From: Seison nebaliae
Taxonomy: Eukaryota
DNA: 64,000 nt
Direction: 5' to 3'
Assembly (NCBI GenBank): GCA_023231475.1
Contig: JALJEE010002345.1
Coordinates: 1-64,000 of the forward strand
Positions 1-13,860 of this stretch are shown piece by piece (within the stretch, counting starts at the first letter, position 1; each line of letters opens with the position of its first letter). Made by a program: the position numbers and the translations under genes. The notes under the pieces were generated by a model. It had not been told where the DNA came from. It ran no database searches and saw only the letters and a program-made list of their open reading frames with translations.

Positions 1-23
1 GGAATTTTGGTCTCCTAATAGCA

Positions 24-665
24 ATGGGCACAGGTGCTGGTGGAGCCATTTGTTGTGCTGGTGCTTGCATTTGCATTCCAATTCCATGTGGAGGAGGCAT
101 GGGCGGTCCACCACCCCCACCACCGCCACCGCCACCACCGCCACCACCACCAATGGTGTTAGTGCCAAAACCACAACCACAAACAGTCTGTTTAACTATT
201 CCACCACCACCACCACCAGAATTGGTACCAATGCCAATGCCAGGTCCTATGGGTCCACCACCAATGCCAATGGCTCCACCACCAATGCAAATGGCTCCAC
301 CACCAATGCAAATGGCTCCACCACCAATGCCAATGGCTCCACCACCAATGCAAATGGCACCACCACCAATGCAAATGGCTCCACCACCAATGCAAATGGC
401 TCCACCACCAATGCAAATGGCTCCACCACCAATGCAAATGGCTCCACCACCAATGCAAATGGCACCGCCAGCACCGGCCCCACAAATGCAGATGGCACCA
501 CCAGCACCAGCACCACAAATGCAAATGCAAGCACCAGCACAACAAATGGCTCCACCAGCACCTGTGCCCATTGCTATTAGGAGACCAAAATTCCGTGGCG
601 GTAATGGCGGAGGTGGCCGAAGTGGAGGTGGAGTGAACCTCAATTGTCATTGCACTCCAATTTAA
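24..665 (+). CDS. Pro/Met/Gln-rich repetitive protein with Cys-rich N- and C-terminal caps; probably 5'-partial (frame open to window edge)
   Basis: ORF with CCAGACICIPIPC, a poly-Pro run, about 10 PPPMQMA repeats and a C-terminal NCHCTPI; GC-rich compared with its flanks; the frame upstream of ATG 24 has no stop. Confidence 0.7.
   Translation: MGTGAGGAICCAGACICIPIPCGGGMGGPPPPPPPPPPPPPPPMVLVPKPQPQTVCLTIPPPPPPELVPMPMPGPMGPPPMPMAPPPMQMAPPPMQMAPPPMPMAPPPMQMAPPPMQMAPPPMQMAPPPMQMAPPPMQMAPPPMQMAPPAPAPQMQMAPPAPAPQMQMQAPAQQMAPPAPVPIAIRRPKFRGGNGGGGRSGGGVNLNCHCTPI
255..470 (+). repeat. 21-bp coding tandem repeat (ccaccaccaatgcaaatggct)n
   Basis: Directly visible, about 10 near-perfect copies. Confidence 0.95.
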
Positions 666-1453
666 GGTCATGGGAAATAGTGAATTTCAAAAACAAAAAT
701 TATTGATTATTTGTCCAAATTGTGTACATATGTGTCGTAATTATTTTATTAATAGATATTGGTGAATTCGAATTTAATTCATTCATCCCAAATTGAAGAT
801 TATCTATTACTACCTAAAATGATCTATTGTGTTTCTTAATGTCATCAACTATCAACCATCGGATAAATCAATAATGTCTAATACTCTCTATGTTTTATGT
901 TCATATACCGATTTGTTTGTTAATCAACTATCACCTGCATGTTCTTTTTCTGCTTCCCGCAATAGTTTTAGTATCACGACGTAGTCGATATCTATCCACC
1001 ACATAAATGCTTTTCGTTGACAAGAACGTTCACCGTTTATCTTGTCCCAACTTATATACAGATATAATTTGATAGTTATATGTTCAATTCCCATCATTAT
1101 ATTCAATATTAAGCAATCACTATCCACCTCATTTTCCACTTTCGTTCTACCTCAATTTATTCATTAAGTTTTATTAAATAAACTAAGCCTAGCGCACTTT
1201 TCTTCTTCCAATACTCGCAGTCACCAACACTTCATCTGTTACCAAATTATTCAATTCAACTAAAAATCTATTTTAAACAATTGAGCTGCTTTGTCTTAAA
1301 AAACCCAAGTCTAAATGAATTCTAATGAAAATTTTTATTATAAATATTACTTCGTTTAAAATCGATCAGTTTTAACTAAACTACCGAATACCAATCTTCT
1401 TTACGGCCAACTGTCCACCTCTCCTAATTCAAACTACACACCTTTCCTCAACT

Positions 1454-3217
1454 ATGAATGGAAATCACATTTTTGTTATATTATTTTATTTCTTCACAAA
1501 CCATTTAGTTTCAACGAGAATCTATTCACGTCAGAAATGCGGTCCCAAATACGTTTGTGAATGTGTCGATGACTATTATACTTGGGTGATCAATTGTAAA
1601 AATAAGCGTTTGACAAATACAACAGCCAATCAACAATTCTGGCATCAACGACAATACATCACTTATGACTTTTCGTTCAATCGATTGAAGATGACGCAAT
1701 CGAATGTCTTCAAATTCTTCTTCAAAATTCCAATGGACTATAAATATTTCAATTATTATTTCACTTTCAATTATTCTCATAATTATTTGAAAAGTTTTCG
1801 AAATCCCACTTCACACGACTTCCTTAACCGTTACGATTATATGGATCTCAGTTTTAATCGATTCCGATCATTCATTTTAACACCCGATTATAATCGATTA
1901 AAGTCATTGAACATTTCTCATAATAAATTAGAATATTTCTCTGGAAGATTATCGACGAAAGAGAATATTTTAACACGATTGGATCTATCATACAACGAAC
2001 TGACATCAATAACGAGAAATGAAGTCGGTTCACTTTCTAAAATCGAATATCTCGATTTATCTAATAATCAGATTAAAGTGATCGAAGCTGATGCATTAGA
2101 TCAAATGAATGGTTTAAGATATCTCCTCCTCAACAATAATCAATTGAAGATTTTCAGTAATTTGAAATTTACGAAGGAATCCGTTTTCGTTAATTTGTGT
2201 AATAATTCCATTGTCACTTATCAGAAATATATTGATGATTTTATTTGTGATGAGAATAATATTATTCTTCGAATGGATCTTCCTTTATCGATCGATCGAG
2301 ATCCATGTACTAAATGTTATGGAGAAGATACTCATCGAATAATCGAATCATGTAAATATATGAGATCGTTACCATATAATGAAATTAGTCCGAAATGTAT
2401 CGATCATCGGGAAATCGATGGTGCTCGACGATCAGTCAAACGATATTTGAAAAATGAAAATTTGGGATTAAAGAACTCCATCATTTCAGGAGAATCGACA
2501 AAACAGGAATATATTAATAGATTTTCGATGGTAGCCGTCATTATCGGAAGTGTTGTCGGTTTCGTCATGTTGGTTATTCTCATCACTATTTTCATAGTTC
2601 GACGACGACGATTAAATATCCATCATCGACGTAAGAACGAGGAAGAGGAAGAAAAAAAGAAAGAAGAGGAACAAGATCGAGAAATGAGGCAAATGGTAAA
2701 TTTGAAGAGTGAAGGATTTTATGATTATTTAGATGTGACAAACAACAATCAAAATTCAATTTACGTTTCGCTTACGAGAAAAAATTCAAAAAATTTCAAA
2801 AATGTTATTCGTCAACAAATTAATCGTGTTTCTCGTCAAGTTTCATTGATGCCTTATACGATTCTGAGAGGATTAACAGGAAGAAAATATTCAGTTAATG
2901 AATCGGAAAAAGAACTACAAAATACCGATAATTTACCATCAGAAAGTTTTTATGATGCCTCATCCAGAATTCTCACAACGTCCAGTGTATTAGAAGTGGA
3001 TTCATTCTGTCCTATACACGGATCGACAATAGTTAGACAATTTTCTTTTCTTTATTTCATAATTTTTTTGAAGAAAACGAATAAATTAACAGATGAAATA
3101 ACGGATACGGAAATTTATAGTAATAAAGACGATCATCCGTTCGACGACAATGATAACGATGACGACGAAGAAAGTGAGGATAGAAGTGAAGAATATGGAA
3201 CGATAACAAAAAATTAG
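1454..3217 (+). CDS. Leucine-rich-repeat type I transmembrane protein
   Basis: Signal-like N-terminus, LRRNT (CGPKYVCEC), LxxLDLSxNxL repeats, TM segment VAVIIGSVVGFVMLVILITIFIV followed by RRRR; probable in-frame GTT..AAG intron at 3032-3073. Confidence 0.85.
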   Translation: MNGNHIFVILFYFFTNHLVSTRIYSRQKCGPKYVCECVDDYYTWVINCKNKRLTNTTANQQFWHQRQYITYDFSFNRLKMTQSNVFKFFFKIPMDYKYFNYYFTFNYSHNYLKSFRNPTSHDFLNRYDYMDLSFNRFRSFILTPDYNRLKSLNISHNKLEYFSGRLSTKENILTRLDLSYNELTSITRNEVGSLSKIEYLDLSNNQIKVIEADALDQMNGLRYLLLNNNQLKIFSNLKFTKESVFVNLCNNSIVTYQKYIDDFICDENNIILRMDLPLSIDRDPCTKCYGEDTHRIIESCKYMRSLPYNEISPKCIDHREIDGARRSVKRYLKNENLGLKNSIISGESTKQEYINRFSMVAVIIGSVVGFVMLVILITIFIVRRRRLNIHHRRKNEEEEEKKKEEEQDREMRQMVNLKSEGFYDYLDVTNNNQNSIYVSLTRKNSKNFKNVIRQQINRVSRQVSLMPYTILRGLTGRKYSVNESEKELQNTDNLPSESFYDASSRILTTSSVLEVDSFCPIHGSTIVRQFSFLYFIIFLKKTNKLTDEITDTEIYSNKDDHPFDDNDNDDDEESEDRSEEYGTITKN

Positions 3218-3369
3218 AAAAGAATTCTTTTTTAAATCGATTTTAAATCGACTACCAAATTGTCTTTTAATCTAAAGAAAGAGGAAGATAAAATTTTCCA
3301 GCCAAAAACGTTTTTCATATGAAAATAATTTTGCGGAATTTCATTAATTTACGTTCGCTAATGTTTATA

Positions 3370-4529
3370 TTAACCAAGAGTTGGAAATTCTTCTTCTTTC
3401 GTCACATCTGGTTTCGCGCTATGATAATTATCCATAAATTCACGTCTTTTCCCCTCATTGAATTTGATCAAATTTTGTTTGACCGGATCAATCCCCGTCA
3501 TCAACATTTTATCGCTATGATCAACGTTGGATGTTGTGCTATCATTGCGTAAATGTGGGAGAACGTATCCACTTTCTCTGTTTGGTTTACTTTGAGTTGG
3601 TCTCGCTCGAGTTAATCCAAAGTCTGATAAATTCAGATCGGAATTCCCACCAAATCTTTTACTCGGTGCCATATAAACATTATCATTCTGTGGTTCTAGT
3701 GGTGGCATTGGCGGTGGAACATATCCACCAGGTCGACGAGATGGTGGCACATATGCATCTCCGTTTCCATTTGATTCATCTTCGTGTTTCTCTTCTTCTT
3801 TCTTTTCAATTACCGTTTCCGTTACCGTTTCTTCTTTTTTTTCATCTTCTGATTCCGATTCTTTAAAAATAACATTAACTATACATGTTTAATAAGAAAA
3901 AAGGAACTTGATATATTCTTATCTCGTTTCCAGATTTCCGTATTCTTCCCCAAAATCTTCTGCAACGTCAAACTTCGATGAACTTCCTTCTCTTCTGCTG
4001 GTTCTTTTTCCGTCGTCGTCAATATCGTTCTTGAAAAATTGAAATCACAAAATTATTGGGAGAATGAATTCTAACGGTCTATTATTCACTAATCGATTAT
4101 CTGTGTCGAATAAATCATCGTCAGGATCGATTTCTTCTGATAAATGTTCCTGAAAAAAATTATTTTTTACAAAATAAAATTTCCTCGTAGAAATTTTTAA
4201 AATTCGTTAAATTTCCGAAAATAACTTCAATCTGTTGTTTCTTTCGTTCAGCTTCCTCCTGATTCTGTCGTTCTCTGGCGGCAGCAACCGCCTTCGCTTC
4301 CAATTCGTCCACATTAATTTTCGTGATAATTTTCGGAATTTCCACTTTCGCTTTCTCGATCGTCTTATCTTGTTGTTGAAAATAATCCTCGATCGTCATA
4401 TTCTTATGTTTCTTCTTCTTTTCTTTATTCTTCTTCTTCTTCTCCTTCACATTTTTCACCGGAACGTTTTCTTCAAAAAATTACTGAAATCATTCAACAA
4501 TTCCCTTCGATTTTCTAACCGATTTCCAT
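3370..4529 (-). CDS. CDV3-like protein (5 exons)
   Basis: Lys-rich N-terminus, GGYVPP motifs and C-terminal PDVTKEEEFPTLG resembling the CDV3 end; four GTT..AG introns restore the frame from ATG at 4529. Confidence 0.55.
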
Positions 4530-4917
4530 GATCAATTTTAGATGACGTGTTCTTTCTCACTCACAACTTCTTTCACCTTCGAATTAATTGACAAAATTTT
4601 TGTGTAAGGAAAATGCTTAAAATTTATTTGTCAACACGTTATATTTCTGGAAATAAATTTTTATGTTTTCAAAAAGATCATTTTTTTTTTCCTTTGATAT
4701 TTTCATTAAATTTTATTAATTAATAAGCCGTCGATAGTTTTGGGAAATTATTTTATGAATTAAAAAAAAAACTGTTTTATAATTATTAAAATATTTAATT
4801 TATTGTGAGGGAAAATAACAAGAATTCAATTATCATTGAAAGAAGAAATGGAGAAAAAAGTTTGATGAAACAATTGAATAAATAATAATAAGGAAAAGTT
4901 TTAGAGATTTATTTTTA

Positions 4918-5617
4918 TTAAACGATTTTCTTCGCTTCGAAAAATGATTGAAGATGCTTCGCTTGCCAATATCCAGTGACGACGAGAATTCCTAATTGTC
5001 CCAAAAACCAGTAGAGAACACGAGAGTTGGTAGTGTCACTAGTTTGTCGGAATCGTTCTTCCCGATATCTTTGATATTTTTGTTCTTTGGAAATCTGATC
5101 TACTTGGTCTAATAATTGTCGAATTCTCAATTGTAATTCTGTCAATTTCTCACGTCTGGAAATCTTCTCATAATCATTTGTATGTTCTCCAACATCAATC
5201 TTTAAATGAATTCGCTAATTTAAAAAAATAAAAAATATGAATTAATGAAATGAAGAAAATGAATTAAACTAGTTGATTTCCACCGAACCAATTACTCGCA
5301 TTGGATGCCATACAGAGAACATGTTCTCCTGGTTCTTGGGAAGTAAATACGACACGTCCCTCATTACTGTAAGTTTTCGAGAGAAAGATCTTCTGTTGAG
5401 GATCCTTCACTTCCACATGCATTCCCATATTATTAGTTGAGATGATATATTGCATAGTATTAGGATCATACACTTCCACTTTGTATGCTGCTATCACCAT
5501 CGTATCATCAGGAATCTCTTCTATAAAACATTTCTTCTCGCCCTCTTTGATATGAAAATAAAGACCCTGACTTAATACGGGCAACAAAACTAACAATGAA
5601 ATGGGGAAAAATTTCAT
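4918..5617 (-). CDS. TMED9: p24/emp24 family GOLD-domain protein, alpha subfamily (TMED4/TMED9-like)
   Basis: [19 protein letters not shown] ... [15 protein letters not shown] ... FFEAKKIV; one intron at 5215-5269. Confidence 0.9.
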
Positions 5618-8095
5618 TTTGTTATTTTCAATTCACTTATGAATTGAACACGTAGATTTCTTTCAATAATTTATTCACAGATTCACTATAATTCTTTACA
5701 CTTTACACTTTCTGGCAATAATCTAAATAATTCTTATTTCAAATATTTAGTTCAACATAATAATTTCTCAATTTTAAAGAATTTGAATTTGAAACTAAAT
5801 TCTTTATATAGACATTTTGTAAATTATCTCGCCCATTTTTTTCCAGTAATCTTTTATGCATTGAATTATTTATAGAAAGTTCAAAATTGAAATTTTAAGA
5901 AAATATCTTAGGAAAATTCGATTACGAAATAAAATGAAAAATGAAAAATTAGAATGTAATTTAATAATTATTTCTTCTGTTTAAAATTAGTTTAGAAATG
6001 TCAGAAATTGATTAAAGAGTGAAAGTGAAGTGTCTTAAGAACTGAAAGTTTATTTGATGGAGAAAGACGTCCATTTAATATGGGTATGAGTGAGAGTTTC
6101 AAGTAGGAAAAATGTGGGGAACAATTTATTGAAATACATTTACTTAATATTAGTATTAGGAAAATGAAGGAAATTCATATACGTCAGATTATGTAGTACG
6201 TCTATATGGAGAAGAGGAAACAATGATAATTTTCAGTTTAGTCATATTTCTTCTTCACGTCTTCCATATCAGCCAAATGGAGGACACTTCTAATTATTTA
6301 AATACTCAATTAAAAAAAGACATTTCTACTTTTTTCATACGGACAATTTCGAAATTTTTCGTCCCATATTCGTATAATTTCTTAAAGTTCCATGCCTTTT
6401 CCGTCTCATGCACAAAACCTAAAAGTAAAAACTTTAGTCTTATGTTAAATCTAAAATTTAATTGCACGTAGAAATGAATGAACATGTCAAATATTTGTTT
6501 AATGAATATTGTACACGAAAGCGTAATAAGAAAATTTAAATTCAAACTATTCTTGCAGTTCAAAATATATTAAATTTAATTATGTTCATGAATATTTTTT
6601 ATTTAATAAATCTTCTTTATCAACTGATGAAGTTCAACGAATTTGTTGGGGAACAAAACACAATAAACTACCTAAATATTATTATAATAGTATTATGCAA
6701 TCTAAAAATATTGTTAGACTTACAAGAGTCTCAATCGGGAAATTTATTAATTATAATTTCGTAAATTTTATATGTGTATAAGATTCCAAAAACTTCCTTC
6801 TTCTAACTCTTTTTTTCATTTTCATCCACCGAATATATATTTTTTAAGGATATATTTTAAAATTATCATATAAGTTATAGTTTTATAATAATTGAATAAA
6901 AACTTCAATTTGAAAATATAATACCAAATTTTAGAAAGTAGGCATTAAAGTGAAAGCAATTGAAACGGTTTAATTGAACTGTTGAACACATTTTTCGAAT
7001 AGTGAATAAGAAGTTGAATTGTACAAAAGATATCTCTGAAAGGAGTAGCAATGTCCAATTTTGTTAATGACCTTATTGGTAGAGGAAGAGAATAAAACTG
7101 TCCGTTTTCTAATGAAGAATTGAATTTAGTGAAAATGTCCGACCACCTCTCAGCAATTACCACTAGCTCGCTCTCATACAATTTCGCCTATGATTGTTCT
7201 CATTATTTGTTATGTATCATTACAAAGGATAATAGTCTCCAACTAATATGTTATAATGATGATGATTATGATGATGATGATGGTGGCGGTGATGGTGATG
7301 ATGGTGATGTAGTATGTGTATATCCATATCGATTAGGAGAGAAATTATATATAAAAGGAATGTGACAAAAAAAAAGAATAGAAACGCGTTCGCTCATCGA
7401 ACTATTAAAAGAATATTATATTATCGATTCATCGACAACAATAAAATTTTCGACGACAAAGACGATAACTTTTGATGATGTTAGGGAGACGACAGCATTC
7501 CACTATTAATTCATCGATACAAACGATTTTTAATGCCAAAATGTATTTTTGAATAAGAACACTTCTTTCGGAGAAAGTTTTCCTACATTCCTAATAATGT
7601 TTTGTATTGTCTATTTAGCGATGTTTTCGTTCTTCTACCTCCGTTTCCTCATCATCGAAACAAAAGTTTATTTTCAAACTTTCATTTTCTTTCTTCTTCT
7701 TACTTCTTTTGTCATTTCTCCTTTTCTTCCTTTCTCATCCACAGTCTCTCAACTATTCCTTCTTATTCTTACCTGTCGTTGGATCTCACATATTCGTAGG
7801 ATCTGATTGTCCAAACGCATTTCTTTTGAATAATTCATTCGACGTTTACTTCTTTTATTGAAGTTAAAATTAAGTAAGAAATGCGTTTAGACATCAGATT
7901 CACATATGTAACCATCATCAATCATTCTTCATATTTTATCCTACTTTTTTACAATATCGATTTCTATTTCTAATCTAATTATTTATGATTATGACGAGAT
8001 CATATATATATATATTTTTATTTAGGATGAATCCCAGTTTGGGCAATTTTCGATATGAATGATTATGAATGAAACATTAAATATAATTTGTGTTT

Positions 8096-8145
8096 ATTGA
8101 GAAATAAATTAGAAATATATTGAGAAATAAATTAGAAATATATTG
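8096..8145. repeat. Short AT-rich tandem duplication (attgagaaataaattagaaatat x2 plus a partial copy)
   Basis: Directly visible. Confidence 0.7.
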
Positions 8146-8228
8146 AAGAATAAATAGATTAGTATCGAGAATATTTCTTTTCCAAATCTTTTTGTAAATT
8201 CAAAATAATTTCATATAAATTCTACAAA

Positions 8229-9187
8229 TTAACAGAAATTAAGAATTGGAATTTTAAAACAAAAACAAACTTGTCTCGAACAATATCTTAAGTCATCGAT
8301 TGTATAATTGAATTCTTTCTTATCATTGAATCCGGAATCGTTTGATGATGTTTCACAATCATCCACACTCCTCAAAGATGAAGTAGACGATTGTTTCGAT
8401 GTTGGAATTCTTCTTGGAATTATTTTCTTTTCAACTACCGTTGTAGTTTCTCTGGCAATTTTAGATCGTTGACTTAATTCGCTACAAAACTTTTTATTTC
8501 TTTCGATATAATTAACTTTTCTTTTCGGTTTTTTTATCGGAATTTCTTTCGTCAAATATTTTTGATTATCTATTTTCTCTTCTGATAATGATGCGCTTGG
8601 TAATGTTGCAATTGGTGATGGAATCGATATCGATTCCATAATCGAACTTTTCTCGGCCATAGTTGACAACATTTTATATTCAGTCGATTTTCTTTTGTTC
8701 TTTAATGACTTCATTGTTGATGACAACAACATGGAGATGACAAACATTTGTTCTTGAAATTGAGGATTTGAAATGGTTTCGTAAATATTTTGAATGAGTT
8801 TCGATGGAATAATTATGGATTGATTTACACGATTTTTATTCATTGAATTCGTTCCATTCTTTCTTCTCTGTTGTTGTCTCAATTGTTTTCGGTACTTCTT
8901 ACAACTGATACTGTGAGCAAATTGTTTATATGTGATGAGTGCCGTTGACAAGCGTTTGAGGAGAACGATTGCATAGCTGATGAGAATATGACTCGATTTA
9001 ACGGATTTGAATCGATTAATCCGCTTCAATAAACAACGTAGACAAATGTTGTTATATGTAAGAATTGTTTGGATATGATTGACTATTTCCATGACTCTGA
9101 TAACTGTTCGAATGATTTCGAATGAAAGAAGTGAATTAGAAATTGCCCCGAATGATCGATGAATTCCTTTCGAACGTTTATATAGTT
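8229..9187 (-). CDS. Hypothetical basic/Ser-rich protein (large exon; true ends uncertain)
   Basis: Open frame of more than 300 codons in AT-rich DNA, with a candidate CAG acceptor near 9188 and a GTT donor near 8270; no family recognised. Confidence 0.5.
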
Positions 9188-9944
9188 CTGATGAGAATTA
9201 GACAGTTCTTTATTCGTTCGTTAAATACGTTCGACGATAAGGAAACTATAAAACGCAACAACAGATGTGAATATGATTAGGAGAAATGGAACAATAATGA
9301 TTCTTCGGGTAGATTTACGAATAGAAAACTCTCTTTTGTAATATCGATTCTTTCTATCTACTTATTTATATGAGATCGATCTCTACCTATGTGTGTTAAA
9401 GTGAACAATTCATATCTTCCGATAATTCCACTTTATTCGTCTTACTCATTACTAATGCAACAGATTATTCTAACAATTCCATTTACGCTTTCTTTGATTG
9501 CCACAACGGAGATCTCTGTTAATGTGACGACGAATGGGAGTGACTAATAGAATATCAACTGTCTTCTTTATACTTTCAATTCCAACAAGTGGTAACATGA
9601 GAAAATTGTGAAATGACAAGTTTTTTCTAACAAATTATCTCCCCTCACCATCATCCGATAATTTCTCTCGGAAATATGTGATATCGTAATACTTCAAACT
9701 GATTATTATTCTTCCTAAAATTCTTCATTTGACACATCAAAAAAAACTAAAAAGGAATGCTCCATTAATCCGATTAAAATTAAAAGAAAATAATGAATTT
9801 TTTGTAATGTTTGAGATGAGCCATAAAAGGCTTTCTGGCCGTTCCGAAAAGTAGATTACTTGAAAAGATGAAAGAAAATTATTTTTGAAAATTTCAAATC
9901 GAATTTTTAGCTATAAATATTTTCCTCAATTTATTGCACTGATA

Positions 9945-12179
9945 ATGGGACTTTTCTTTAATGATCCGCCACCAATTGCAGACTCTGTTGGATCATCGTC
10001 AGTACCGCCACCATCAAGTGATGGTAAAGATGATGGAATTCCCGTTCCACATTTGGGTAATACGGAGAGTCGATATCGATTCGATTCGGCTGCTCTTGAA
10101 CGTGCCGCCACTGCTGCTAAAGATCTAGAGAAATCGAGTTATTTTCTAGTTCTTATAATTCTCTCTAATAATTTGTTGTTGAAGAACATGCGGATAAAGC
10201 ATTTCAATTGATGCAATCACAAGAGAAAACGAAACAAGTCGAATATGAGAAACAATCGAAAGTTATTTTGAGAGTTTTTAATTGAAAATAATTAATTGAA
10301 TATAAAGGAATTGGAATTAGCTCAAGAAGAATTGAAATTAAAAGCAGTCGCTCAAGCTGCCGAAGAACGACGTCGAACGATGCAAGAAGAAACGAAACAT
10401 CAACAAGAACGAGCGAGATATCAAGATCAATTAGAAAGGAGACGATTTGAAGATCAGAAACTTCAACAAGTTTTCTCTTGAACGAAATTTGAAATTTCTT
10501 AAAAGATTTTCAGACGAAAAATCAAGAAGAGAATTTGAGAAGACAAGAAGAATCGGTGATGAAACAAGAAGCAATGAGAAGAAGTTCGATAAATTTTCAG
10601 AAATTAAAATTTAATTTTTTCAAATGTTCAGAAACAATGGAACAAGAAGCATCATTGAAACATGAATATGATATGAAGAGATTGAAAGCAGAACTTAAAG
10701 GAAAAGCAGAAGTCGAACGAGATAATAGAGAGATTCGAATGGAGCAAATTCGAGCGAAAGCTGAAGAGAATCGAAAAACCGTCATGGAAGGATTGAAGTT
10801 TAATTTATTCTTATTCAATTATTATATTAACGTTTTGAAGAACTGCTGGTGGAATATTAGGACAAGGCTTCTCATATTTTCTCAATCATCCTAATCAAAT
10901 ATTAATGACGGTTTTATTTCATCTTTTTATACCTAATTCAAAACGATTTTATGATAATTTTTATGGAAAGGCTGGTGGATTATCATTATTGGCGTTAGGT
11001 GTCTATTCTAGTCGTACAGCTGTCAATATTGGAGGAAGTATGATAAGTAATCGAATATTGAAACCAGCATTAATTCGTGAGACATCTCGATTGAATGCTG
11101 TTAATGCAATGTTCCATCCAATTCAAGTTAATTTAAGTCAATCATTTTTACAATTAATTATTTTATTTTATTTATTTGAATTATTTGTAGACTATTAAAA
11201 GATTGAAGAATCAAGATGTTGATTCATTGAGTGGAGTAGTATTAGAAGAAGAATTAGAAGCGCGATTAAGAGAGATTGCAATCGCCACAAGAAACACAAA
11301 AAGGAATGGTGGACAATTCCGTAATATACTGATGTATGGACCTCCTGGAACTGGAAAAACATTATTTGCTAAAGTTTCTCTATTTCTTCACATGACATTT
11401 CAATCATATTTCTTTCTCACAGAAATTAGCTAAACATTCTGGATTGGATTATGCTATCATGACCGGTGGTGACGTAGCACCAATGAAAAAAGAAGGCGTC
11501 TCTGCAATTCACAAAATTTTCGATTGGTCACAAACCAGTCGGAAAGGTCTCCTCCTTTTTGTGGATGAGGCAGATGCATTCTTAAGAAAACGAGCTTCTG
11601 TTAATAAGAAATTTCATTGTTTTTTCCTCCATAATTTTTTCTTTAGGAAGAAATTAGTGAAGATGTACGTGCGGCTTTGAATGCTTTTCTATTTCGAACG
11701 GGAGAACAATCGTCGAGATTTATGTTGGTGTTAGCGAGTAATCAACCCGAACAATTCGATTGGGCAATCAATGATCGTGTTGATGAAATTGTAGAATTTC
11801 AATTACCATCACTCTCCGAACGTATTCGATTAGTCATGTTATATTTCGACAAATATATTCTTCAAGGAACGGTACGAAATCGGTTCGATTTAATTTAAAT
11901 TTATTTAATATGTTTGTAAATTAAATATTTTTTAGTAATATCGAATTAGAGGAATTCGATCTGGCATCGAAATGTCGAGAGATTGCTGGATTGACCGAAG
12001 GCTTTTCCGGACGAGAAATCTCTAAACTAATAATTGCTTGTCAAGCAGCTGCTTTCGCTTCCGAAGATGGCAAATTAACATGGAAAATGATAGAAGATAA
12101 AATACAAATTTCACGAACTGCTCATGAACGTAAAGTGGATTGGAATAAAGATTTGTTGGGGAACATACAAAATGTTTAA
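9945..12179 (+). CDS. ATAD3: ATPase family AAA domain-containing protein 3 (mitochondrial), 11 exons
   Basis: [10 protein letters not shown], coiled coil, [18 protein letters not shown] (Walker A), [12 protein letters not shown] (Walker B), [15 protein letters not shown]; ten GTT introns join the frames. Confidence 0.95.
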
Positions 12180-12733
12180 ATATTTCATCGTTTTCTTCTT
12201 TGTAAAGTTTCTTTTCGTTATCAATTTCCTCTTTACAAATCTTTGTTTTCATCTTGATGATTTAATTACGATATTCATGTTATTCGTCATCCTTGTTATT
12301 ATTAGACATTAAACAAATTCTGTTCAATCATTAAACTCTCTTTCATGCGAACTTAATCGGTGAATTATTTTATCAATAAATTTTTGGAAGAAAAACAATG
12401 AAATTTTAACGAAAATTTTTTGTTGACTATAAATTCTATTTTTGTTTTCTTTCTTTCTTTTGAGACTATAAAACTATTGTCAAATATAAAATATAAGACG
12501 TGAGAAAAATAAGAAATTTGTTTTATTGAAATTCTTTTTCATTCAATTTATATTGAAATTCTCAATTTTATTTTAGATTGATTCAAAATGAGAATTGATA
12601 GATTTCTTTTTTGACGAATTAATTTTTTAGCTTTTATATTCCTTCTTTCGATTAGATATCGTATGAACTGACCACCATCGTTTTGTGAGTAGATTTTTTT
12701 TAATTTTCTAGAAAAAAAAATATTGTGAGAAAA

Positions 12734-13732
12734 ATGTCGAATGTGGCAGGTATGAGTACGGATTGTATGACGTTGACACGCTTCGTCTTACAAGAACAAA
12801 CGAAACATAAACAAGCGACAGGTCAATTGACTCAATTGTTGAATTCGATAACTTGTGCAGTTAAATCGATTAGTACTTCGGTGAGGAAAGCGGGATTAGC
12901 TCAATTATTCGGATTAGCCGGTGCTACCAATCAGACAGGTGATGAACAAAAGAAATTAGATGTAATTTCAAATGAATTCTTTGTGAATATGGTAAAATCA
13001 TCATTGACAGCGTCCGTTCTCATATCGGAAGAGGATGAGAAAGAAATTATTGTAGATTCGACGGATCATGTTGGAAAATACATTATCGCATTCGATCCTT
13101 TAGATGGTTCATCTAATATCGATTGTCTCGTATCGATCGGAACGATTTTTGGTATTTGGCGGAAAGATGAATCAAATAACATCCTCCAACCTGGTAATAA
13201 ACTAATAGCGGCAGGATATGCTTTATATGGTTCTGCTACCATGATCGTTCTGGCAACAGATCCTGGAAATGTTAACGGATTCATGTTGGATCCATCTATT
13301 GGAGAATTTATTTTGACTGATCCCAATATGGAATTGAAGAAACGTGGAAAGATTTATGCGATTAATGAAGGATATCAAAAATATTGGGATTCAACAACAA
13401 CAGAATATGTCAATTCGAAGAAACAAGCTGAAAAACCATATGGTGCTCGATATATCGGTTCAATGGTTGCTGATGTTCATCGAACTATTAAATATGGTGG
13501 TATTTTCATGTATCCCGCCACATCACTCGCACCTAAAGGCAAATTGAGATTGATGTATGAATGTAATCCGATCGCTTTTATTGTGGAGAAAGCTGGTGGG
13601 AAATCTTTCTCAGGAAATATAAGAACATTAGATGTAACTCCAACTGATATCCATCAACGAGTGCCAGTAGTACTCGGTTCATCAGATGATGTTGATGATT
13701 ATATGGCCATTTATAATAAAAATAATAAATAA
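12734..13732 (+). CDS. FBP1: Fructose-1,6-bisphosphatase class 1 (coding region intronless)
   Basis: [46 protein letters not shown] motifs. Confidence 0.97.
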   Translation: MSNVAGMSTDCMTLTRFVLQEQTKHKQATGQLTQLLNSITCAVKSISTSVRKAGLAQLFGLAGATNQTGDEQKKLDVISNEFFVNMVKSSLTASVLISEEDEKEIIVDSTDHVGKYIIAFDPLDGSSNIDCLVSIGTIFGIWRKDESNNILQPGNKLIAAGYALYGSATMIVLATDPGNVNGFMLDPSIGEFILTDPNMELKKRGKIYAINEGYQKYWDSTTTEYVNSKKQAEKPYGARYIGSMVADVHRTIKYGGIFMYPATSLAPKGKLRLMYECNPIAFIVEKAGGKSFSGNIRTLDVTPTDIHQRVPVVLGSSDDVDDYMAIYNKNNK

Positions 13733-13860
13733 TTTTTTATTAACATGAAATTTTTTAGTGATTTTAGTTTATTCTTTTTCGGTTTTATTTATTCGAATAA
13801 AATGTTATTTCCCTACAAATCTTCCACCCTTTTTCTTTTCTTTCTCTTCCAAAATAGATC

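Noticed and set aside
255..470. CRISPR-like regular repeats
   Set aside because: No unique spacers; a coding tandem repeat in a eukaryotic genome
50..671. Overlapping ORFs (TTNANGS repeats; antisense WWWSHLH and VVEPFAL repeats)
   Set aside because: Alternative frames of a stop-free 21-bp repeat; only the Pro-rich frame has coherent non-repeat ends
5620..8200. Short ORFs of 60-85 aa
   Set aside because: Low-complexity AT-rich or antisense frames with no recognisable motifs and no convincing exon chain
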